Assembly (NCBI GenBank): GCA_023213395.1
Contig: CM041465.1
Span: 114,707,741-114,771,740 of the forward strand
Origin: Cycas panzhihuaensis
Taxonomy: Eukaryota; Plantae; Cycadophyta
Direction: 5' to 3'
DNA: 64,000 nt
A model generated the notes under the pieces. The model saw only the letters and a list, made by a program, of their open reading frames with translations. It was not told the origin of the DNA and searched no databases. A program made the translations under genes and the position numbers. Positions 25,178 to 40,756 of this stretch are shown here, one piece after another (within the stretch, counting starts at the first letter, position 1; each line of letters starts with the position of its first letter).

Positions 25178-27224
25178 ATCCCCGTCGATCTGTCCTCCGG
25201 TCTCGCATACGGTTGAATTTTTGTACTGCACTTTGGTATAAGATTGTCTAACCTAAGATGCTAATTCGTACTGTGAGAAAAATACAGATGACCTTCCGCC
25301 TCAATCAATGCACAGATACGCGGAATTCTCCAAAAGCCAGTGGTGGACCTACGACATTTAGTCTTGAATAGCTTGCTCCCACTGCCTTCCAACGGGAAAT
25401 TTCCAAAATCGATGTTACTGTAATTGCTCTGGCTGTCCGTCCAACAGTGATACGTGTGGGGACTGTTCCTTTTCCTGGGCGTTAAAGTCCTATAAAATGG
25501 ACCGCCACCCCGCCTGGGACCTCACGCATTTTCACGAAATAATTTCACGGATGTAAAACTGGAAAAAAGTCCTGAACATCACCGCGTTGTGGATTCGTCA
25601 GTACGTTCGACGGCAATCATTCGCACATGGAAATGGAGACTGTCTCACACAGGAGTGGGATACAACTTGAGCAATGACGTGCTGGGAAGTTTCCAGAAAC
25701 AACGACCCTGATGTCCATACTTTCTGGTGCCATTTGTCGCACCAATATTCGATGATCGAGACATTCCATATATTCAAATACAATTCCACTAAAGCACCCA
25801 ATTGTATGCTCATATTTACCGTTGCCATTTGCCGCACAAATAGTTACTGGTCGAGAGATCTCAATACATTAATATTTTATTCCTGTAAAGCATGAGGATG
25901 ATTCTTCTTCTTGGAAACAAGTTTGGTATTTTGTTTTTATTATTGTTATTGTAAAATGGAACTTATCCTAAAACATCAAGAGGTACACTACGGAGGATGC
26001 TTGCAGTGTGGGATAGGAAGGTGAGAAAAAAAATAAAATCCATGATACAACGAGGGCTAGGTAGGACATAATAAGAGGTTTGGCATATGAGTTTCATATA
26101 TTCCTCTCAACTCTTTACTTAGCTCTAAGTTTAAGAAACTCATTATAATCTAACTTTTAAAATATGAAATTTAGAGCTTCATTCTCCTAGTACGTTACCT
26201 TTATGTTATGGCGAATAAACGAAGAAGAAAAAAAAGGGAGTAACATAAACAAGGTCTCCAAGACCCTATGAAAAGTAGGTGTAAGGTACTATTTATAAGT
26301 ACTCACCTTACATAACTAGATAGAATTGGGCCATGCCATACTTAGCCTTAGGAAAGTTAGCATGCCCTTAATTATACTAAAATAAAATAGAATAAATGAT
26401 TAAAACCATACAAATTTGTGACCTAGGGAAAGGCGACGTGATACCTTACTTATCATGTGTTCTAAGAATGCCTTAAAACTAAAAGATAAAGTAAGCATGA
26501 AAACAATATGTGGTGTTATATCAATTCATTCCCAAAGTAGATGCTAAATATATTTCTCTACTTTTCTTTTTCATACATGAGTTTATGTCAAGTGAAAAAA
26601 AAAAATTCCAAAATTTCTACTAAGGTGGATCTTTAAAAAGTAACCTTCATATAAAAACTATTTGGTAAGTTAATGCTAGGAAAAAGACAAAGAAAAATTA
26701 GAAACCATAATTAAGTGACAAAGTTAACAATTTTGTAAAGATGTATAATTACTAATTTAAATAGTACATGAAGTTCAAAAAGGTGACCATAAGCATTATT
26801 CACTCCTAACCAAAGTGAGTTGACATTTTTAAGTTACTCATAGTTTCTAACCATGTCATGCATAGGGAGATATTGAAGGACATGAAAATTTAACTAATTG
26901 AGATATTTTACAAATATAATTTGGTAGCTTAATAATAACTCTTACAAATACTTTTAAAGCTTATCAATAATAAAAGGACAATTCTGGCCCTTTTCAAGAA
27001 ATGGTCCTCTAAGCTTCTTTTTACTCCCCAATATAAAGAGAACTAAAGCAAAAGAATTATTTAAAAGTGTTAAGTATAAAATGAAGGTTTTTAACCCACA
27101 TTTATAATATATAACATAATGTTATTACTGGCATCATTAATAGTCAAAGCGATGATTCCAATTTCAAATGTTTCACCCCATTGCAAATTAGGCAATTAAC
27201 AGTCATTTTAGCATGTTGAGATTT

Positions 27225-30200
27225 TAGAGCATGTCTTCCCTAAGTATTCCTTTCACAACAATAGAATAATAGATTAAGGAGCACAAGATAATATTTTAGA
27301 TCATTTGACTTTAGTAAAATAAGTAAATCAAATACATAAATGAGCACAAATGTGATCATCAAATGGATACCAAAATATACAACAATATAATATTTTGATA
27401 TTATTCCAACCTAATAAAACATTTACATCTTGGGCCTTAAGTAAGTAATGATGGCCCCTTTACATGAATTTTATTAGTGAGAGAAGCAACCTACAATCCT
27501 ATTAGCAAACTAAAAGACCTACACACAAAAGTTAATGTCCAACACTAACCATTTGGTTACTGGGTCACACGTGTTGGCAGTCATGCTTCGTGGTTAGCGA
27601 ATAGTTATGTAATAGATATCCTCCTCTAAAATATTAAGTCCATAAACTTTATTGATTCCCATATTACCTCCTTCAAATCATAGTCGACCCATTGTACCAA
27701 ATACTCAGATGATCTAGTTATGTAGATAGCATTACCTTATAGCGAGGATACGATCTAGAGGGACCTTGAGGACTTGTTCTTCATCAAGAATGAGGAGGGT
27801 AGTTTGGGGAACAATTATTTTGCTAGGGTACTTTTTCAAATAAGAGACATAAGAAACATTATATATTTTAGTGTTGGGTGGGGGCTTAAGGGCATAAGCG
27901 ACTTAACCAATCCTTGCAAGGACTTTATAAGGACTATAGTATTAAGAGTTAAGCTTGTGATTTTTATTATTATAAAGGGATTGCTACTTATATGGTTGAA
28001 GGAACACCATGTTGCCTATTATAAACTCTCAGTTAGAATGACAGTATTTAGCCATTTGTTTCATATGATTTTGGGCCAAAGTTAGGTTTTACTTAAGGGT
28101 GTATAAGATTTTATTCATATATTTTAATTTTGTTGAACAACCATTATTCAGAGGTTGGTTACTAGGGTGTGGTGGGAAGGTAGGGGGTAACCATATAGAG
28201 CCATAAATAAGGGCATGCCAATAATAGAGCATTGGAAGGAGCTATACCATTACTTAAGAAATATAAGCCAAGATGACCATTTACTTTGGTATTCGAAGGC
28301 AAAGTAATACAAGTATGTTTTTAGAGTTTTATTAAAAACCTCAAATTTCCCATTTATTTAAGGATGATAGATCAAGCTCATGTTGAATAAGGTGTCCAGG
28401 GTACAAAAAACTCTTGCCATAATGAACTAGTGAATTTTGGGTCTTAGCCTCAAATAATTATTTAAAAAAATCCATGGAGGTAGAAGATAGATTAAATATA
28501 TGTGTCAGTAAGGTAGATGACTTTATAAGAGGGGTGTATAGATAGAAAATAAGCATACTTAGTTAGCCTATCTATAATGACCCAAATAGAGTCAAATCCA
28601 ATAGATAATGATAGGCCCATAATAAAGTTCATTGCAATGTGTTACCATTTGCCATGAGGAAGGTATAAGGGTTGGAGTAGACCCAGTTAGGCTTTTGTAT
28701 CAACTTTGTTTCACTCACATATGATGTATTCTATCATAAATATAAGGATTGTTAACTTCATATGTGGTTAGTAAAAATTAGAGTAGATGCATTAATATAT
28801 TTATTAAAACCTAAGTGGCCACCAAGGGGAGGAATGATATTTAGACAGCATTTAGGAAATGAATGGGGAAAGAGGGTGAACAAAAATACAATTTTTATAC
28901 AATAAGAGGTCATTGTAAAGAGACTAGTCCTTTTGCATAGGGTTTTTACTAACCACCAAGCATAATCTAGTTAGGATTGGTTAGCAATTACTAAATCCAT
29001 AATCCACATAAGTTCAAGTTTGGTAATTGCTTGAATTATGGGTTCAAGGGGAAGATGGGGGAGGGCATTAATAACAACATTATCTTTCCTCTTTTTATAT
29101 GTTGTAGTAAATTCAAATACCTAAAGGTAATTCAACCACTTAGCTTATTCTTATGATAGGATTGGTTGATCAAGGAGGGTTTAAAGGTTATGATGGTTTG
29201 TGAAGATATTATCACCACTTGTCAACTATATATAGGATGGCCTTCATCTCCTTTTGGTAGGTGGATAAATAGCATTCATGGTCTTTAAGCTTACAGATTT
29301 TGAAGGCAATCAAATAAAATTTCTACTTAAGTATAATAGCTAATCCAAGTCTTGAGGCATCGTATTCCACTTAGAATGGTTATGAAATTTAGAGATGGTA
29401 AGAATTGGGGTCAAGGTCATAATGGCCTTGAGATGGTTGAATGTATCCTTAGCTACTAGGGACCATTGAAAGGAGTCCTTATAGAGAAAATTAGTTAGTG
29501 GGGTAGCAATGAAGCATAGTTATAAATAAATCATCTATAAAATCTTATAATACTAAGGAAGACACGAATGTATGTTAAGTTTCTAGGTGTTAGCCATGAT
29601 GTGATAGTAAAAATTTTGTCAAGATCAACTTGAACTCCTTCCTTTGAGAGGATATGTCCTAAGTATTATAGCTCTATCTTGCTAAATTTATACTTCAATA
29701 TCTTGGTATAGGTCTTTGTTGAGCCAGGATTTAGAGGACTTCTTCCAAATGCTTAAGATGAAGGGGCACATTGTAGTTATAGATAAGTATATCATCAAAA
29801 AAGACATGAATAAATTTACATAGGTATGGTATAAATATCTTATTCATAAAGGCTTAAAGGGTCACCAAGGCATTACAAAGATCAAAAGGCATGACTTAAA
29901 ACTTAAAGTGGCCATGATGCATATAAAACATAAATTTATGGAGATCTTCTACGGTGATATGGATTTAGTAATAACTAGATTGAAAATCATGTTTAGAAAA
30001 TATAATTATGCCATGGATTTCATCAAGCATATCATTGATCCTATGTGTTAGGAATTTATTTTTAATTGTAATTTTGTTGAGTTTTATAGAGTCTATACAT
30101 AGGCAGAATGAACCATCTTTTCTCTGTACTAGGACAATTGGAGCTACATAAGGGCTTTTATTGGGTTGTATAACTCCCATGTCCATAAGTTCAACAATTA

Positions 30201-33200
30201 TCCTCTCGATCTCTTTCTTTAAAATATGAGCTTTGATATGGCCTTAGGCTAATTAGACCATGGAGTTTTTAGCTAAATTGAGTGGTGCAATCCATAATCT
30301 AGGGGAGTGGTAGTGGAGATGGGCGCAAAAGTAAACTAGTATTTAGTGATTAGATTTTGTACATTAAGGTTAATTGTGATATACACTTCAATATTATTAA
30401 TACAAATTATATATCCCACACTATTATTTAGATGTTGACACATTCTACTAGGAAAGATTAACTTATTGGGAGAAGTTTATATCCCATGGTTATGCTTAAA
30501 GAGTATGAAAGGATTATTTGTAGAATAATTTATGTTGTATGTGCCTAGTATTTGGAGCCACAGGAGCCCAAGGATGGCATGGAACCTACTTATAGATATG
30601 GCATTAAAATCTGAGGTTAGGATACATTTACCTATCTAAATCTATATACTTTTTCTCATACCTACATAATAGACGGTGATATGATTAGGTAGAGAACAAG
30701 TGAATTCAATTTTGGGTACCATGTATAGGTTGATTTGTTAAGCCAAAGATATGTTAATAAAGTATGCCACCACCATTAATTAGGAGAGTAATAGATGCTT
30801 GTTTAAGTGTTCCTTTGACTTAGAGAGGTTCTAGGCATGACACAGAAGAGACTACTGACAATGAGGCCTCAAGTTTAAGTGGCAGGAAAGGGTATTAGGG
30901 TGGGATTTCATCAACATCCTAGTTAGTGTTTGAGTCATCTTTAAAATCAATGTTAATGTCATAGATCATCCTTTTCACTTTGCATACTCTACTATAACTA
31001 GGGGACCATTTCTTTAAGCATTTCATATAGAGGCTAGCTTTCATCCCTCTATCTGCTTCTTTTAGAGGGATATGGATTAGATCTATAAAGGGTGTGGTTG
31101 TTAAAGGTTACTATTGGTCAATCTCTTATGGTTATGGTCATTGTTATACTATAAACAATGGGCATAGTACTAATTAGAATCCCATGGAAAGTTGGGTTAG
31201 CATCCAATTGCAAACTCCACTTCTATTACCTTAGCGATGGAGATGGTATCTTGTAGAGTTAGAAGGGTAAATATCTTTAGGGGTATTTAAATGTTCTCCT
31301 TCAATCTACTCATGTATATTTCAATGAGAGTTTAGTGGTCAATCTGTTGGGAGACTCTATTTTGAAGTGCTTGGAACTATTCTATATAGATGTCAACTAT
31401 AGTTGTTTACTTTAGTTGAGTAGGTCAACTAATTAAGGATTAATTCGATGTATTCTCATATTATTCAAATAAATAGGGCCCATGTATAAACAAGGTTCTC
31501 TTTCTACCACCAACAAAACCAATGGTGAGCCTTGTCTTCTAAGTGAATAAAAGGAAAGGTTGTCTGCTCATCAAGGGCCATATGGTTGATGGCAAAATAT
31601 AACTCAAGCTTAGTAATCCAACATTTGGCCAACTCCCTATTGAGACCAAGATCAAATATGGGTATGTTGATCTTATGATGCCATGGGTTTTACCTTAGTG
31701 TAAGCAATGAGGATACTAGTGGAGATAGTCTACTTATCAAGGGTACTAGTGGAGATGACCTAGTTGTCAAGTTTGAGAAAAAGGGCATGTTGGGCATAAC
31801 TGCCAAATTCTTGGTGAGCTATATAGTGACATTTTCCATATATACTATGAGATTATTAGTCACTATTATGAGATTATTATTAAGGTTGGTAATGTCTTTG
31901 GATAATTCATCTTTATTTGGTGTTATATTAGTGTTGATGTCAATGACTTGTGCTTCGAGTGCCTAGATCCTATTAGCTTGTATGGGGGCCATTGTACTTG
32001 TAGCTACCACTATTGCGAAGAAGAAGGAGATGTAGGGAAGAGGGGTTAAGGGGAGAAGAAAAGGGATGAGAAACTAAGAATAAGATTCAAGAGGTGGGAA
32101 TAGTATAAAATGGTGGGGGTGGAGGTGTTTATAGCATGTTAATCTCCTAAGTATAAATATGCTCTGATGTAATAAAAATTTAGCAATAATCCCATTTAGT
32201 ACACTGCCATGAGTGTGATGATCTCATTAAGATGATGTAGGTGAGATTATATATGATTTTCCAAATGATGGAATCCACTTGTAATTTTTTGCTAAAGAAA
32301 GGGATTGAGATTGACCTAATCTAAAATGATCAACATGATGCACTGATTAAAATAAGATGTGCATATGACTAGGGTAATGTTGTCATGTTATTATGTCTAT
32401 AATGTAGGTTGGTATTATCCCATTGCTAATTCTGTAAGATTTGATATTATTTTATAACCCTATATTATGTTTGTTAGTGTTATTATTTGTAATGTCTAGT
32501 GTGTTCCAGATTAAATCACTTTATAGATCTATAATAGTCTTAATAGTGTTAGTATTAGAGTGACAATAATAAAATTGGGATCCTACCAGACTCATACATA
32601 AGATTACCTTGTTTTATAGGCCCTTTAATAAAATTCTCTATCCTTACTTACACTTGACCCAATATCTTATGGTATTAATTATGGAGGGTATTCGTACCTA
32701 TAACCATAAAAGTCATGTAGAGGTATTAAAAAAGGGTAACTTCCTACCATTAAGTGTTAACCAATGCATTACAAAAGATAGGCAATCGATAGTTTTCCTA
32801 AAACTAAGCAAGCCAATGGAACCTAAAGTGTCCTCTGATATACCCAAAGATACATGGAGGCTTGATTTTATATCTAGGTTCTATCTAAGGCATGTATAAT
32901 TAGTGTGATTTACTTTTCTTCACATATGGGTGTATACCCATATACACTTAGCCAAGAATAACTAATCCTTTTGATGCTTAAAGACTCTTGGAACAAGGTC
33001 TCTACCTAATATCTAGGAGATAAGGAGTGGGAGGGAGTTTACTATCTACTTGTAGTTGATTATAGTATTTTTATAATGATAGTATTATAAAAGATAGAAA
33101 ATAAATACTAGAGAGGGTTTATAGAATTTCACTAAGGGGAAAAAAATATTCCTAATTTTATACTCCTCTTATTAATCTACTTCTTCAGTTGGATCCTTAG

Positions 33201-33608
33201 ACTTGGCTTTAATATAACTTAGAGCATGTCTTCCCTTAGTATTCCTTTCATAAAAGTAAAATAGTAGACCAAAGAGCGTAAGGTAATATTTTAGATCATC
33301 CAAGTTTAGAAAAATAAGTAAATCAAATACAAAACTGAGCATAACTTGGATCACCAAATGGATATCAAAATATACAAAAATAATCTTTTGATATTATTTC
33401 GACTTAATAAACTATATATATCTTGGGCCTTAAGTAGGAAATGATGGCCACTTAACATAGAATCTTATTGGAGAGAGAAGCGACTTACAATCCTATCGGC
33501 ATGCTAAATAGCCTATGCACAAAAGTTAATAGCTAGTACTAACCATTTGATTACTTAGTCACCTGTGATGGTGGTCATGCTCCATAGTTAGCAAATAGCT
33601 ATATAACA
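27225..33608 (-). mobile_element. Full-length degenerate Ty3/gypsy chromovirus (element E)
   Basis: LTRs 33220-33608 and 27225-27614 align; TSD GATTT/CATTT; decayed PBS 33206-33217; RT SPYVAPIVLVQRKDGSF (29965-30186); chromodomain EYLVQW…WES (~27650-27710); PPT GAGGAGGATATC. Confidence 0.9.
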
Positions 33609-34440
33609 CATTTACATCTAATAAATTAAAGGGATTACATATCTATTGGACCATGCCCATGTTCCAAGATTAGTTAGAATTCAAAGCCCATTTTAATCTT
33701 TTTGGGTGGCATCTTTATACCTCTAAAAGTTTAAGCTTTATTTAGCCCAACATATATGAAGGTAATACAAGAAATTAGTTTGAACTACACGTGTTAGCAT
33801 TCACGTATTGACTCTATAGTTACTAATCCTCAAAGGCTCAAGATTCATTTCCCATCTTTTTTATCAAATATTTTTACCATTTCCATTTCTTTATCAGTGA
33901 GTTATAGATGAACTCTTCCCTAAAACCCCCTCTTCAAACTTAGTAAGTTGTTTTTATCTGATTCCTATAATCATATAGGCTTTAAGCAAACTTAGAACTA
34001 ATCTTGTAAACCCCTTAGTCAAGGTAGGGGATTTTGTGGTGAAGTAAACTATTTCACTTTGAATCTTAGTTAAGAGGATTTAGTATATAGATGTTAAGCA
34101 TTTATCATAAAAGCAAACTTAATTCTTAAAAACTAATTAAGAAATTTTGGTTCAAGAGACCCATCTTTTGATTCAGCCTTATATAAATAACAGTTAAAGA
34201 TTTGCTCCAAACTCTTTAAATATGAATCTATTAAATATTATGATAAGCAAGTTTATGTGTATATCTATTGGCTTAAGGATGAAGAGGCTTCTTCTAAATT
34301 TCTCTTCTCCAATCTTAAGAAATAATAGTAAGGCTTATATGTCTAGGATATGCAGATGGAGGATGGCTCTCTAGTTAATGATCCCTATCATATGGATGGT
34401 ATGTTTATTGAACATATTAATTTAGCCACCTTTTCTTTGT
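33609..34440 (+). mobile_element. L1-type LINE, middle fragment (endonuclease end and linker)
   Basis: LDHAHV (SDH-like, ~33647) and WLKDEEASSKFLF (~34268); probably continuous with ~27150-27224 and 59326-60670. Confidence 0.55.
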
Positions 34441-37400
34441 TAGTTAGCATAAAATTCTACTAACCTATATGTTGTAAATAAATTGTAATCTTATGATGTA
34501 ATTGAAATTTATTTTATATTTTGATGATGAGATCACTTAACTGCAATAGTAATTCCATCAATTAGTGGTTAAATAATATAGGAGTAATGAATTTTTTATT
34601 TATAGTAAATTATTCTAATTAGATTAGATTTCACTTTTAATGATAAGCACTCCCCCTAAATTAGGAAGTTTGGAGTTTTCTTTCAATGCATATATAAACA
34701 CTCTAAGAGGAGCATGCAGGAAAATTCTTTAAGTTCTTAGAATAAAAGTGTGTTTTATCCAAAATACCTATGTGTCCATCTACTTTATAATTTTTTTTAA
34801 TTTTCATGTTGTAAATTTTGAGAGGTCATATGGGTTACATGATCCATGCATTACTCCAAATTTTAACAAGAAGGATAACCTTTACTCCTCTATCCTCTCA
34901 TAAAATTTCACCTCAATGTGACATCTAAAAAGGAAGTTATAGGAATTTTAGTAAAGATTGTTTTATTTTATTCATGACATTTGTATGGGTCATAAACACA
35001 CAAGATTAGCCTATAATTTTATAGGGAGAAGCACCTGGAGTTATCTATCCACCTATAAAATTTTATCTCAATCTGACTTTAAATGAAAATTTTATAATCA
35101 TTTTTGTTTTCATTCTCTAGAAGGATCGCAAGTTTGTTCCTAAGTATTATAAGCCTATTACTTTTCTATACAAAGGAATCATAGGAATTTGACCCTTAGC
35201 AATTATATATTAGTTAGTATAAGAGCTTGATATTATGCCCAATATTCAAAAACTCTCCATTATTCTTTTCTCCAAGTTTGCTTATAATATTTTCCATGGT
35301 AAATCATGTTTAAGAAAATGAAGCTAAAGTCAGTCAGGAAATATACGTAGATCTATCCCAACTATTCTTGGATATACTCTAATAACAAAGTGAGTAATAA
35401 GAATAATCACTATAAGGACAAGATTAAGACCAAACATGACTCATAAATAATACGATGCAAATGTTCTAGTAGATGATGAATCACTAGGCTAAACCTCAAG
35501 AAATCCTTATAAGAGCTAATTCAAGCTACATACCTAGACAACCATATCTTATTTTTATGGCATTATTAATGCATATATGTTCAATAGTTGGATCCATAAC
35601 CTGGAGCCATATTTCAAGTGCCAATAGCTTGTTGATGCTTAGAGGATTGTATTAGCATAAGTACATATGAAAAAGTAAGTATTAATGTAGTGGTAGACTG
35701 ATGTACAAATGCATACACCATTCCTCATATGGGATCTCTTTAAGAAAACCCTCCAATCTAGATTCTACCTAATGGGATATACTAATTAGAGAATGAAGAG
35801 ATAGTTGCATCTTTAAAAATAAGCTAGACAAAGCATGTAACAATATATAGATATCTTCCACAAGATAGTTATCACAGTAACATTGATAGACTCTAAGCAT
35901 TGACTACAACTTAAGTCTATAGGAGAATTATTTTCTCATTTATAATAGGAGCTTAAACTCCTCACCATCACTTCCTAATACCAAGCCTATTAGTATATAA
36001 TGAAGGTTAAGAATTGAGTTCAAAAAAATCCTTTTCAAAGACTATTCTAGTAGTAGTAAACCTAATAGAGATAACCTTCTTAGTAGAGAATGGGAACTAT
36101 TGGAGTATATTTCCCTAGGCCTTCATAATACCAAAGTAGCTACCACTTTAATATAGGGAAGGAATACACTAGGAGCCAAGGGAAAAGGTCACTAAAAGTA
36201 CTATAACTACCATATGTCTTCAACCCATTCTAGTAGGGAATATTTGAAGGAAACAAGCAATTCATACCTAAAACGCTAGTAGTAGAAGAAAAGGCAATAG
36301 ATACTAATACATCTAATAATTTGGTTATCGCTCCACATTATTAGTTATAAATCAAAATTTGGTTAATTCTTGCTTAGCCCTCATGGCTAGGAATTATATA
36401 GCATTAAAAGGGGAAGATTTATTTGGTTAAAATTATTAAGTAGAAAATAAGATTATTTTATGTATTATAGATAATAGTCATATGAAGGACTTGGTTTTAA
36501 ATTAACTTATTGAAGATATTAGAATTTGTACCAAGTTGTATTAATTCCCTTATAAGCTAGATTGGCTTTAAAAAGGAGGAATATAGAATCAAGTAGATCA
36601 AACATGTAATGTCACTTTCATAGTAGATTTCTTCATTGACATCATCACATGTGATGTGACCCTAATGAGTTATCATAAGCTTCTCGTAGGTTGTTACTAT
36701 CAGTACAATAAGTGAATAATGTATGATAGGTATGTGAACACTTATAAATTACATAAGGGATGTCATTCATACCAATTCACTTCATTAGCCACATAGGTTT
36801 TGGAGTGTTTTCTTGCAAAAATAGACCTTGTAGATGTAAACAGTAGAAGTAAAGGCCAAAATAACACAAGTTCACAGATAGATCATAAATAAATTAATCA
36901 CCAAAGAGAATATCAAAGTACTTTCTCTTCAAAGATAATAATACTCAACAACCATTATAAGTAGAGTTCAACATTTAAATAGGTATGTGGTGGTTTTCTT
37001 CCTTATGATATTATTAATGGCCCTAACAGCCTTACATCTTATCAGACAACTTAGCGGTCCATACATAAATCTTAATAGCTAACATTAATCCTTAACCTTT
37101 TGGTGGCTCCCACTTGCTAGTGCTTAAGAAAGGTATGGTTATGTTACAGGTCCCCTCCTCTGAGATGATGAGTCCTCGTAGCATTAGAGATAAGGATATT
37201 GCTGGATGAACTCATTAGATTCCCAAGTTGCTTCATCTACATCACAACCAACCTACTATATCAAATGCTCAAAAATAGTGCAATTTTGAAGGTGACACTA
37301 ACAATTGACAAGGATTTTATTAGGTGGAATTATAAGAGTTTACTTCTCGAAGAGAATGGATAATGTGGTGTAGGATGTAACTTTAGTTCCAAGGTATTTT

Positions 37401-40400
37401 TTTAGATAAGAAATATAGATAATGTTATAGATATTAGTATTTGTGGGTGGAGGGGGAGGGTCAAGGATATATGCCACTTCATTAATTTTATTAAGGACTT
37501 TATAAGGGCTATAGTAATGGCGACTTAGTTTATACTCTTTATGTGACTTAAGAGATTATTCCTTATAAGGTTGGAGGCAGAGGAATATTAGATCTCCAAT
37601 GTTAAAGGATCAATCAAATCAGTGGTAGTTGGTAAGTTGCTTTATTTGATTTCGAGCAGTGACCAAATTTTATCAAAGGGTATAGAGGATTAGGTCCATC
37701 TCTTAAAACTTTTATTATATAGAAATCAATCAAAATTTTGTTCCTAGGGTATGGTAGGAAGAGGGGTGGTAACCATAGAGAGCTAAAAAAGGGGACATAT
37801 TGATAGTAGAATGGTGAGAGGAGTTGTACCAATACTATACCAAGAAGACCCAAGAGGTCTACTTAGCTTGGTATTTAAAGGAAAAGCAACATAAATAAGT
37901 TTCTAGAGTTTTATTCAGGACCTTAGATTAACTATCTATTTGCAGGTGGTAGGCAAAACTCATGTTAAATGAGGTTTGAACAGCCTTAAAGAGTTCTTAC
38001 CAAAAAGAGTTGGTAAACTTAGGGTCTCAATCACAAATGATGGATGGAGGGAATTTATGAAGGAAAAATATGAATTAGACATATAGATCAGTAAGATGAA
38101 AGGATGTATACGAGGTATGAATAGGGAGAAAGTATAAGTACTTAGTTAATTGGTCAATGATTACCTAAATGGAGTTAAAACCAATAGATGGAGATAAACC
38201 CATTATAAAATCCATGGTAATATCTTGCCACTTACCTTAAGGAATATTTAATGATTGGAGAAGTCCAAGAAGGGCTTTAGTATCAACTTTATTTTGCTAA
38301 TACATGTCACATTTTAATATAAGGGTGAATATTATAGTCTTCATCTGGGGCCAAAAGAAATTTATGTGAATTCAATAATAAGTTTTACCAAACCCTGAGT
38401 GGCCACCAAGGGGAGAATAGTGGTATTCTATTAGGATTCTAAGTATGAATAAGTAGGATTCTAAGGATTCCAATTAGGGTAGTCAAGTTGGGCTTTGTTT
38501 TCAACCCATAATTAATCAAGCCAAAGGGGTTGGGGTTTGCTTATGGCATGGAGGCTTAGGTTGAGAGTATTGTCATTAGGGTGAAGACATGAAAGGATGT
38601 CTGTGACTGTATTATCTTTTCCTTTTTATATAATATTATAATGTCAAATACTTATAGATAGTGAACCCACTTAGCTTGTTCTTCTAATAAGACTGACTAA
38701 TCTAACAGATTATGGAGGCTATGATGATCCATAAGAATAGTGAATTTAGAGCCTAAGAGATATTGCCACCACTTATCAATAGTGTAGAGAATAGCTTTCA
38801 TCTCCTTCTAGTATGTAGAGAGATAAAGCTTATGCTCTTTTAATTTTCTGCTCTCAAATGCAATGGGATGAGAGTCTTACATCAAGATTGCACCTAGTCT
38901 AAATCCCAAGGCATCGCATTCAAGTTAGAAAGGTCGATTAAAGTTAGGAGTGATAAGGACTAGAGTAGAGGTCATTACGACTTTAAGGTAAGAAAAAGCA
39001 GCATCAGCTTCTAGATACCATTGAAAAAAATCTTTACGAAGGAGATTGATTAAGGGGATAGTGAGGGTGGCATAGTTACATACAAACCATTAATAGAATC
39101 CTATGAGGCTGAGGAATACTTGTAGTTGAGTAAGGATGGTGGGTGTTGGGCAAGTCATGATGATGAATATTTTATCAGGATCTATATAAACCCCTTTCGA
39201 TAAGATGATATGCCCTAAGTATTTGAGTTTTGATTACCTAAACTTGCATTTAGATAATTTTACATAGAGTTGGTGGTTTTTATAGTATCTAAAGAATAAT
39301 TTCTATGTGTTAGATGTAGTGGTTTAGGCATACACTATAAATAAGAATAACATTAAAGAAGAATATGACAAATTTTTAGAGATAAGGACTAAAAAATTTG
39401 TTCATAAGGGCTTGAAAAGTTGTCAGGGTATTACAAAGGTTGAAGGACATTGTACGAAACTTAAAATGGCCATGATGTATTCTAAATGCTATCTTATGGT
39501 AGTCTTCTAGGGTAATTGGGATTTGGTAGTAACCGAACTGAAGGTCTAACTTAGAAAAAATAGTCACACCATGGATTTCATCTAACATGTCAACTATGCA
39601 AGGGGTGTAGAACTTATTTTTTATGGTAATTTTATTTAGCTCTTTATAATTAACATAAAGGTGGAAGGAACCATCTTTCTTCCTAAATAAGATAATTGGA
39701 GCTATATAAGGGCTTTTGCTTGGTTGGATTATGCCCATGTCAAGGAGTTGAGTTGTGAGTTTCTCAATTTCATTCTTTTGAAAGTATGAGTTATGATAGG
39801 GTCTTAGGATGATAGGATCATGATTAGATTGGAGGTAAATTGTATGATAGAAGCCACAATCAGGTGGGGTAGTGGCGGGTAAAGGAGAAAGTACTTGCTT
39901 GTATTAGGTAATGTTGTCTTAGATGTGTGCGTGAATTTGTAACTCGATTTAAATATTATTGAAATACACTATATATCCTAGGTGAGATTGAATATGACAT
40001 TTCATATGTCTAGGAGAGACCACTTGGTTAGGGAGGGACTGCATCCTATAAATTTTGTGATTTTTAGTCTTTGAAAGTGATGAATGGGTTGGTAGGTGAG
40101 TTACTTATACTATAAGTTCCTAGGGTTTGTAACCACCAAATCCCTAAGATAGTATCAGACCCTCCTATTAATAAGGCATAAAAATCTAATACCAACAAAT
40201 AGGAGCTAATTTGGACTTATAAGATTTTAATAACACTAGCATAGTGAAGCTTCTAGTACCCTAGCAAAGATAGGTGAAGCTAATTTTTTGTACTAAATAT
40301 AGGTTGAGTTATCGAGCTATAGAGATATTAATGAAATTGAGTGATGCACCACCATTAATCAAGATAGACATTAGAGTCTTACAAAGAATTCCTCAAATAC

Positions 40401-40756
40401 ATAGGGGTTCAAGACAAGAGGAAGTGGTGATAGTAAATAAGGAAATTTCAAGGTGAGGGTCTAGGGTAGATTCATCATGGGTGTCATCTTCAGCCTCATG
40501 TTCAAAGTCAGAGTCAAAGGATTCATTTGGGGATAGGGATGGGTCAATGGAAAAATCCTTATATTGCACCTTATGATGTAGCCATACTTAGAAGTCTTCT
40601 TTTATGCACATTACATATAGAGGCAGGCCTCTAGTTGGTATTGTGCTTTGGCTTAGGAAATTTTGACCTTTTTAGTAGATGAGTCATCATTTTTTCGATC
40701 TGTAGTTAGGTGGGTGGTATCATCCTATCATGGCCAAGGATGTGCAAAGTCAGTTT

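Noticed and set aside
25950-26525. Possible solo LTR upstream of the PME promoter
   Set aside because: LTR-like composition only; no convincing termini, TSD or second copy
32161-32168. GCTCTGAT as PBS of element E
   Set aside because: Not adjacent to the LTR; the LTR-adjacent decayed PBS is at 33206-33217
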